10,912 nucleotides of DNA, taken from assembly GCF_006345805.1 (NCBI RefSeq), contig NW_021827265.1, positions 1-10,912 of the forward strand. Reading direction: 5' to 3'. Positions 1 to 7,425 of this stretch are shown in pieces (the first letter of the stretch is position 1; every line of letters begins with the position of its first letter). The translations under genes and the position numbers were made by a program. The notes beneath the pieces are model-generated. The model was not told the DNA's origin and did no database searches. It was given only the letters and a program-made list of their open reading frames with translations. The DNA comes from Octopus sinensis (Eukaryota).

Positions 1-2
1 TT

Positions 3-74
3 TATTCCACAAACAGGGACCCTAGCGTGACCAGGAACAGTAGCAGCATCACCACAGAAGAAGCCAACACCTGA
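3..74 (+). CDS. Possible 3' end of a coding exon entering from the left edge (YSTNRDPSVTRNSSSITTEEANT*)
   Basis: Frame is open from the window edge to TGA at 72-74, in a GC-richer non-repetitive patch; 16 of 23 codons end in G/C. No homology recognised. A minus-strand ORF (2-145) shares the same third codon positions, so the strand is unresolved. Confidence 0.22.
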   Translation, partial: YSTNRDPSVTRNSSSITTEEANT

Positions 75-364
75 CCCCCCCCAGCCCCACCCCTCAAATG
101 TAACCGAACACGCTGCACCACATTAATGACGGCCAGCTGCACCATGTCTGCGTTTATATACACCCACAGCAATAATGAGGGCGACAGTATATAACATAAC
201 TCACACCAACATATGTATATATGTATTTATTTATGTGTATATGCAGACCCACAGACCTAGTTTAGGGAGGTTTCACATATTTTCACATGAAAATAAGATG
301 GGATGGCCATGGTTAGATTGCTTTGATCATAGATCTGTTTGAGCCACGTTGAGCTACGGGCTAA

Positions 365-406
365 ACATACACACATACTCACATATATACATACACACAC
401 ACATAC

Positions 407-444
<38 letters not shown>

Positions 445-503
445 ATATATATATATATATCTATATATATATATATATATCTATATATACATATATATAT
501 ATC

Positions 504-554
<51 letters not shown>

Positions 555-610
555 ATATATATATACATATATATACATATTATATATATACATTCACACA
601 CACACACACC
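365..610. repeat. Compound (CA)n/(TA)n microsatellite
   Basis: Long TA run with periodic C interruptions, flanked by CA tracts; source of the YIYIYI ORFs. Confidence 0.97.
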
Positions 611-879
611 ATACATGCCAAAGCATATATTTGTATAGAGAACATGAACAATAGAGAGGCAAGCACACACACACACACAAGCAAGGGCAGATTGTATTTT
701 ACATATATACTAACAGATGTATATAGACGGACTGCTCTAGATAGTTATATAAGCTAGACTGATAGACAGACAGATGCCAACTCAGCTAGATTCCTTGGTA
801 GACGTATAACTTTGGTGCCATCAGTTTGACTTTCCAAACTTGGAGGAGGAAACAGGCGAAGGAAATGAATGTATACTTG

Positions 880-1035
880 ATACATATACACACACATATA
901 TATAAATATGCATTTATGCAGACAAATAGATATAAACAGACATACAAACACACACACACATAGAGAGAGAGAGGCATAGACAAACAGACAGATTTACAGG
1001 TAGATATAGAGACAAACAGACAGACAGATATGTAA
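880..1035. repeat. Compound CA/TA/GA/GACA low-complexity tract
   Basis: Short dinucleotide runs and degenerate (GACA/GATA)n units seen directly. Confidence 0.85.
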
Positions 1036-1500
1036 ATGGATAGATATGTTACAAGCCCATGATGTGTTACCAACTAAAAAAGTGGAGAGAGAGAGTTCTG
1101 AGATAAAGGTAATGCCATTTATCTCTGTTAACATTTTCAGTTTCCTGCAGAAACAAAATACAAAATAAAATCAAAATAAAATACAAAACAACTGAAAAAA
1201 ATTTCATTAAATTTCGAAGAACGGAATCTAATCAACAAATTTTAAAGAAATTAAAATTTTTTTGATTCCCCTTTAATGTTACTAAATACCTGCAGAAACA
1301 AAGAAAAACCAGGAAAAAAAAACCTCCCAAAAAATACAGGAAAAATAAAAATTACCAAAATCTTCACAAAAAAATTGATGGAAAAGAATTTAAGGAACAA
1401 CTTTCGGACAAATTTTTCGTTTCATTTTTGAAATCCAAGACAGAACAAGAGATATTCTGGAGTGGAACTGTATGTGTGTGTTCTTGAGGGTTGGTCATAA

Positions 1501-1570
1501 ATGGCTAAGGCTGATCTTCCTGAATCTCCTGAGGATCTTTTACGTCTTCATCAACAACTTGTTTGGCTTG
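1501..1570 (+). CDS. Probable first coding exon of an unidentified host gene (MAKADLPESPEDLLRLHQQLVWL + phase-1 G)
   Basis: ATG at 1501 is directly preceded by in-frame TAA. 15 of the 22 codons after ATG end in T, a coding-like bias confined to this frame. The segment ends at TTG|GTAAGG (donor at 1571), followed by T-rich low-complexity intron-like sequence. Protein not recognised. Confidence 0.55.
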
Positions 1571-1810
1571 GTAAGGAAGAGGAAGAGGAGGTGGTGGCTT
1601 ACATTACTTGCTTTTCTTTTTTTTGTTGTTTTATGTTGTTTTTATTTCTTGTTTTTTTTTCTTTCTTCTCGTTCATTCATCCATTCCTTCCTTCCTTCCT
1701 TCCTCTTCACTTTTGTTGGTTTCTTCAGTTATTTCATTCCTCAACAACCAGATTCACCGGAATGCAACAGATGCATGTCTTATTTTCTTTGTAGTTTTTA
1801 CTATTGTTTG

Positions 1811-2285
1811 TGTATACATACATACATACATATGTGTGTGGGTATATATATATATATATATATAACAATTTAATAAATAAAACATATGCACACATACATA
1901 CATACATGTACATACCTACATCTATATGTATATATACATGCATATATGAGTACAGGACACCACAAATAAACGTAGAACACAACGAGAAACGAAAACGTAC
2001 TTTTATGTATATTATATATATGTGTATATTTGTGTGTCAATGTGTATATATATATATATATATATATGTTGTGTGTATATATGTACACATACATTTTTAG
2101 GTTTGTATATATCTATACCAGCACGGAAAATGGATGTTAAACGATGATGATGATGATGATGATAATGATGATGATATATATGTGTTTGTGTATATGCGTT
2201 TTTTTAATAATGTGTATATATGTGTATTTGTATATATGTGTATATGTGTATTTGTATATATTTATGTGTGTGTGTGTGTGTATGG
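1811..2285. repeat. TA/TG/CA-rich microsatellite field
   Basis: Interrupted dinucleotide arrays throughout. Confidence 0.9.
2118..2175 (+). mobile_element. Extreme 3'-terminal fragment of the RTE-type element with (GAT)n tail
   Basis: CCAGCACGGAAAATGGATGTTAAAC-(GAT)n matches the termini of the longer copies ending at 4148 and 8477 (CCAGCATGGAAAACAGATGTTAAAC-GAT...). Confidence 0.75.
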
Positions 2286-2716
2286 TACTTTGTGTTGCTC
2301 CTCAAGCAGAAAAGTCAGTTGGTGGCCAATCTCTTTATAAGGAATCAGTGTAAATCTACACAAATGTATTAATGAAGATCTGACCTTGATATTTTATGTC
2401 TTAGAGAGAAACCCAAGGGCTACTGGCACTGGTAACCAATTATCAGTGAAGGGTTTTACCATAAACAATGTTGATAGTTTGTTGTGAACAGAGTCATTAG
2501 TTTTCCCACATTGAGAATTGGGGGAAAGATTGTGGAGGCCTAATATCAACATCCAAACATATTTCTCTAATATTTATGTCACTGATACTTAAAAAAAAAA
2601 TTGAAGATTTCAAGTTATTGATAGAAATTTGTTGGAACAAATGAATATTGGTTCTGTGAAATTCTGACTGTTTATAGAGGAAGGTTTGCTGTTATTCACT
2701 GTGAAGAAATATTTAT

Positions 2717-2944
2717 TTAACCCTTTAGTATTTAAACCGGCCATATCCGGCCAAAAGTATTCTACCTGTTTTATGTTCAAACTGGCCAGATCCAGGCTCT
2801 CACACCTACCCTACAATGTTATTCTACATTAAGTAATTACACCATCAAGATCTTGAAGATATGAGATAATGCATGATTAATTCGAATCAATGGGAATCAA
2901 TAGGCATTATGTTTGATAGAATAATCTGAACACTAAAGGGTTAA
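2717..2944. mobile_element. piggyBac-type MITE (220 bp, 2721-2940) with TTAA target-site duplications
   Basis: TTAA(2717-20)-CCCTTTAGTATTTA ... TGAACACTAAAGGG-TTAA(2941-44). TIRs match 12/14 (first 9 bp perfect) and begin CCCT. TTAA TSD plus CCY termini is the established piggyBac signature. No ORF inside. Confidence 0.78.
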
Positions 2945-3026
2945 AACAGTCTTACAGTTTGGATAAATTGCAAAAGGCAGTGAAAAGAGATCAGTTTTGA
3001 TGAATAGTTTTTACTGTAATATTTAC

Positions 3027-3138
3027 AGAACCAATTTTGAAACAGAAGCCGATAGATGTTGGAGTCTCCAGCTCATGTGTAGGCTTGAAACATCTCTAGC
3101 GGCAGAATTGAGCAACTGTCGTAGGGTAGGAGAGATAA
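3027..3138. other. Candidate exon, strand unresolved
   Basis: GC-richer island. Minus: pyrimidine tract+TTTTAG|, 112-nt open reading ISPTLRQLLNSAARDVSSLHMSWRLQHLSASVSKLV, CT|GTAAAT donor. Plus: TTTACAG|3029..3078|GTAGGC (EPILKQKPIDVGVSSSC) or AACAG|3046..3125|GTAGGA (EADRCWSLQLMCRLETSLAAELSNCRR), both phase-compatible with exon 1501-1570. Confidence 0.3.
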
Positions 3139-3430
3139 CTAAAAGAGGTAATGGATAAAAATGCATAACAATTGCAGAAACAAATTCAAACACCTAGATA
3201 CCATTTGAAAATTTGAAAATCCTCTCCATTCTGGGTCTGAATAGCTGGTTATGTGGATGTGCTCTGCACTCATGAAACCTCAAGTAATGTGGAACGGAGT
3301 TAGACTTATAACATCAACAAATTTATTATTTGCTTAACTTCTTTCTTTCATTTGTTTGCCTCTCTCATGTTTATATATGTACACACACACACACACACAC
3401 ATACATATGAATGTGGATGTGTGTGTGTGT

Positions 3431-3836
3431 ACTCTTTTACTCTTTTACTTGTTTCAGTCATTTGACTGCGGCCATGCTGGAGCCTTTAGTCGAGCAAATC
3501 GACCCCGGGACTTATTCTTTGTAAGCCCAGTACTTATTCTATCGGTCTCTTTTACCGAACCGCTAAGTAACGGGGATATAAACACACCAGCATTGGTTGT
3601 CAAGCAATGCTAGGGGGACAAACACAGACACACAAACACACACATACACACATATATATATATACATATATACGACAGGCTTCTTTCAGTTTCCGTCTAC
3701 CAAATCCACTCACAAGGCATTGGTCGGCCTGAGGCTATAGTAGAAGACACTTGCCCAAGATGCCACGCAGTGGGACTGAACCCGGAACCATGTGGTTGGT
3801 TAGCAAGCTACTTACCACACAGCCACTCCTGCGCCT
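3431..3836 (-). mobile_element. Full-length tRNA-derived CORE-type SINE (copy 1; resembles octopus OR-family SINEs)
   Basis: Minus strand: A-box TGGCTGTGTGG (3825-3815), B-box-like GGTTCAGTCCC (3782-3772), CORE-like GCATCTTGGGCAAGTGTCTT, internal CA/TA microsatellite, second domain, and (AAAAGAGT)n tail at 3431-3446. Near-identical copies at 4164-4579 and 8488-8891. Family name is from recall. Confidence 0.9.
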
Positions 3837-3854
3837 GTGTGTGTGTATATATTA

Positions 3855-4148
3855 TGTAGTTGTGGCTGATGCCAGTGCTGCCTGAATGGCTCCCATACCA
3901 GTGGCATATAAAAAGCACCATTCAAGCATGGTCAATGCCAGTGCCACCTGGCTGGCCCTTATGCTGGTGGCACGTAAAAAGCACCCACTACACTCTCGGA
4001 GTGGTTGGCGTTAGGAAGGGCATCCAGCTGTAAAACCATGCCAGATTGGATTGGAACCTGGTGCAGCCTCCTGGCTTGCCAGTCCCCAGCCAAACCATTC
4101 AACCCATGCGAGCATGGAAAACGGACGTTAAATGATGATGATGATGAT
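3855..4148 (+). mobile_element. 5'-truncated RTE LINE 3' UTR fragment with (GAT)n tail
   Basis: Aligns to 8099-8477, which is contiguous with RTE coding sequence. Has two ~66-nt internal units, then the GTTAGGAAGGGCATCCAGCTGTA block and GAT tail. Confidence 0.85.
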
Positions 4149-4163
4149 ACACACACACACACA

Positions 4164-4579
4164 TTCTCTTTCTCTCTTTCTCTTTTACTTGTTTCAGTCA
4201 TTTGACTGCGGCCATGCTGGAGCACCGCCTTTAGTCGAGCAAATCGACCCCGGGACTTATTCTTTGTAAGCCCAGTACTTATTCTATCAGTCTCTTTTGC
4301 CGAACCGCTAAGTGACGGGGACGTAAACACACCAGCATCGGTTGTCAAGCAATGCTAGGGGGACAACACAGACACACACAAACACACACACACACAACAC
4401 ATACATACATATATATATATACGACAGGCTTCTTTCAGTTCCGTCTACCAAATCCACTCACAAGGCATTGGTCGGCCCGGGGCTATAGCAGAAGACACTT
4501 GCCCAAGATGCCACGCAGTGGGACTGAACCCGGAACCATGTGGTTGGTTAGCAAGCTACTTCCACCAGCACCTGGCGCC
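4164..4579 (-). mobile_element. tRNA-derived CORE-type SINE (copy 2)
   Basis: About 6 substitutions in ~185 bp versus copy 3 in the 3' domain. Tail degenerated to a CT-rich tract; the 5'-most ~20 nt (4561-4579) diverge from copy 1. Confidence 0.9.
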
Positions 4580-4643
4580 ACTGCCCTGGCCACATATATA
4601 TATATATCTATGTATATGTATATATTATATTATATATATATTA

Positions 4644-4684
<41 letters not shown>

Positions 4685-4689
4685 TTATA

Positions 4690-4894
4690 CACACCAGTGG
4701 TAGAGTAATATACTTTATTTAGAGCGCAGCAGAAAATTCAACAAAATCTGTTACTCTGAGTTTCTCGTTGCCGTTCATCAGACAGTTTTTCTAGCAAAAA
4801 ACTGTCTGATGAACGGCTACGAGGACTCAGAGTAACAGATTTTGTTGAATTTTCTGCTGCTCTAAATAAAGTATATTACTCTACCACTGGTGTG
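4690..4894. mobile_element. 205-bp fold-back (palindromic) MITE-like element
   Basis: Left arm 4690-4790 and right arm 4797-4894 are reverse complements except a 2-nt indel, a 1-nt indel and 2 mismatches; loop CTAGCA. Termini CACACCAGTGG...CCACTGGTGTG, embedded in (TA)n (left flank TA, right flank CA). The palindrome is certain; the MITE call is inference. Confidence 0.75.
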
Positions 4895-4982
4895 CATATA
4901 TATATATATGTACTTATACACATACACATATATTATATATATATACATGTTTGTATGTTATGTAAATTTGTAAATGTTGGTG

Positions 4983-5017
<35 letters not shown>

Positions 5018-5274
5018 GTATATATATGTATATATATATTGTATATATTGTATATATATATATGTATATATATATATGTATATATATGTATATATATATA
5101 TGTATATATATGTATGTATATATATGTATATATATGTATATATATATGTATGTATTTATACACATACACATATATTATATGTATAATATATATGTATGTA
5201 TTTATACACATACACATATATTATATATATATATATATATGTTTGTATGTTATGTAAATTTGTAAATGTTGGTG

Positions 5275-5359
<85 letters not shown>

Positions 5360-5518
5360 GTATATATATATATGTATAATATGTATATATATATATGTAT
5401 ATATATGTATATATATATATATGTATATATATATATGTATATATATGTATATAATATATGTATATATATGTATATATATATATGTATAATATATATGTAA
5501 TATATATGTATATATATG

Positions 5519-5573
<55 letters not shown>

Positions 5574-5630
5574 ATATATATATTATATATATATATATAT
5601 AAATATATATATGTGTATATTTGTGTATGT
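4895..5630. repeat. Large (TA)n/(TATG)n array with an internal ~292-bp duplication
   Basis: The 42-nt tag ATGTTTGTATGTTATGTAAATTTGTAAATGTTGGTGTATATA occurs at 4947-4988 and 5239-5280. Confidence 0.95.
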
Positions 5631-5685
5631 ATGCTGAAGAATGGTAAAAGCCCTCATCTCCATGTTTTATCTTTTTTTCTGCCAG

Positions 5686-5786
5686 ACACATTTATCAAAG
5701 TTGACAGGAGATTGTTGATGTTGTTGTCGGCTGACAGACCTCTGATTAAAGATGCTGTGACCTACCCAATTTGCTTTCAAGCATAA
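5686..5786 (+). other. Candidate exon after a strong acceptor ([32 protein letters not shown])
   Basis: GTTTTATCTTTTTTTCTGCCAG| at 5685. Only the phase-1 frame is open; no strong donor follows. The minus strand is also open here ([27 protein letters not shown]) but with a poor acceptor. Confidence 0.2.
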
Positions 5787-6144
5787 GTGTAACTAGGACT
5801 ACATTAATCTATGTCTTAGTTCCTATTTATTATACCATTGTGAATTTCGAGGTGCATATGGTTATTATTTCTAGCTGGTCAAGAGGCTTCCTTTGTCAGT
5901 TCATTGTCATTATTTAACCCCGAGTCAGTCCTGTATGAGGATACCTATAACAACCTTGATCGATTTATCTCTTTTTGATTTTGTTTGCGTGTATCCAGGT
6001 ATAGTGCACCTTGGACTACAATGTACTTTGTCTCATTCTTTTTTTTTAGAAGACAGGGTTTGATTGAAGTAGATTTGGCTGGTATTTCTAGCAGGTCACT
6101 TGAAGAAATACTGTTGGGTTAAATTGAAGTGGTGAGGGCCACCA

Positions 6145-6222
6145 GAGGTGAAATGTCATGAGGTGAAAGATCATGAGGCAAAAGGTCATGGAGTGAAAGG
6201 TCATGAGTGAAAGGTTATGAGG
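6145..6222. repeat. 15-bp minisatellite, ~5 degenerate units (GAGGTGAAAGGTCAT)
   Basis: Units start at 6145, 6160, 6175, 6190 and 6205 (last unit 14 bp). Confidence 0.85.
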
Positions 6223-6730
6223 TTACATATTTCTATTGTAGATATTTATGTTGTGTAATTTTTTTGAGGTGTGACCCCATCTGTGGGGCCACATCCCTGA
6301 AGTATTTGGTGTATGACCAGTTTGAATGTAGATTGTGTCCAACAGGCTGCCCCCTGCCTGAGATATATGGTGGGGTGGGACAACAGGGACTCTCTGTACA
6401 CATTGAAATAGAGTCCTAGGTGCACATAGCACCTTTTGTTGTAGAGACAGGATGTGAAGACAGGACTGAAGAAAGTGGGAGGGGGTTGAGGGTTAAGGTA
6501 CTTAAAAGACGAAAGGGGGATTTCACTCCATTTGGTGACCCCAATCTTCATCTGTGGTCATGGCCACAAGGAGTGTCACACACAAGTAGGGCTCCTCAGT
6601 CATCAGGGTGTACCAGGATGAGAAGTGGGTAAAGGGTGGGGAGAAGATACTTCCATTAATTCTTAAAAGAAACAAAAGGTTGACAAGGACAACATTGTGA
6701 CCACTACCCTCAATTCTATATTTCCTTTAG

Positions 6731-6790
6731 TTTATTCAAGTGTGAAGATTTAAGTTCATAAGATAATTTCTTGAGAATGTTACCTGACAG
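6731..6790 (+). other. Candidate 60-nt non-coding or start-bearing exon
   Basis: TCTATATTTCCTTTAG| acceptor and consensus CAG|GTAAGT donor at 6791. Stops occur in all three frames; ATG at 6777 (MLPD..) is open to the donor. Confidence 0.3.
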
Positions 6791-6902
6791 GTAAGTCAGG
6801 TTGTACTTGCTTGATTGACCTGCTTGCTTATTTGTGTCATTGTGTCCCTTGTAATGAATCAAGTCCATTCTAGTCAGTGAATCAGCGCTACCACCAACAG
6901 AA

Positions 6903-7291
6903 GACCAAAAAGGGGTTTTGTTTCATTAGGACAATGTCCCAGCACACGTCCTTCGTTTTAATGGCTGATGTGCCTAACTGGCTTTAAACTGGTTGATCAT
7001 CCTCCTTCTTCAGATTTGGCCCCATCTGACTATCATCTCTTCCCCAACATGAAAAAACACTTGGCTCAGAACCAGTGTTGCAGTAATGATGACATAATGT
7101 CTGCTGTTGATAACTTTCTTGACCGACAGGATGAGAACGTCTTCACCGATCGGATCAAAACACTGCAACACCAATTGGAAGAACTGTGTGGACCACAAAA
7201 GGGTAGGGATCATGTTGAAAAATCAACCTCATTTGGTCACATTCCATGAGAGTACCTTGGTCAGCCTATGAACTTTTCAGCTGACCATTGT
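6903..7291 (+). pseudogene. Fossil mariner (DD34D) transposase C-terminus plus right terminal inverted repeat
   Basis: KGVLFH*DNVPAH (stop at 6927-29, second catalytic D at 6930), a frameshift, then HPP-SSDLAPSDYHLFPNMKKHL (degenerate YSPDLAPSD, third D at 7028). The end has WKNCVDHK in a shifted frame and GRDHVEK, followed by TIR-like CCTATGAACTTTTCAGCTGACCATTGT. Left boundary uncertain. Confidence 0.93.
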
Positions 7292-7423
7292 GTGTGCACA
7301 CACGTGTGTGTGTGTGTGTGTGTATACATATATAATACACACATATATACATATATATTTTATATACACACACACACACACACACACAACACACACACAC
7401 ACACACACACCATATATATATAT
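7292..7423. repeat. (TG)n/(TA)n/(CA)n compound microsatellite between the mariner and RTE fossils
   Basis: Seen directly. Confidence 0.95.
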
Positions 7424-7425
7424 GC

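Noticed and set aside
339-654. [10 protein letters not shown]-type ORFs here and at 1734-2353, 4352-4708, 4892-5691 and 7266-7571
   Set aside because: They are translations of (TA)/(CA)/(TG) microsatellites, which lack stops in several frames on both strands.
1472-1873. 133-aa and 97-aa plus-strand ORFs taken at full length
   Set aside because: Beyond the GT donor at 1571 they run through T-rich, (TTCC)n and (TA)n low-complexity sequence; coding-like codon bias is limited to 1501-1570.
3760-3836. tRNA gene suggested by A and B boxes
   Set aside because: It continues into a CORE domain and repeat tail, recurs in three copies, and has no evident acceptor stem; it is a SINE head.
5960-6004. 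Recursive-splice-like site (pyrimidine tract + CAG|GTATAG)
   Set aside because: The reconstituted donor is weak at +4 to +6, and the region looks like decayed repeat (16-bp near-direct repeat at 5866 and 6083).
6207-6632. Several 69-101-aa ORFs on both strands in a GC-richer stretch
   Set aside because: No recognisable domain, stops break every frame, and there are no convincing splice boundaries; possibly old TE debris, but I cannot assign it.
6968-7249. Intact or domesticated transposase (SETMAR-like) exon
   Set aside because: An upstream nonsense codon, frameshifts and a damaged YSPDL motif indicate neutral decay.
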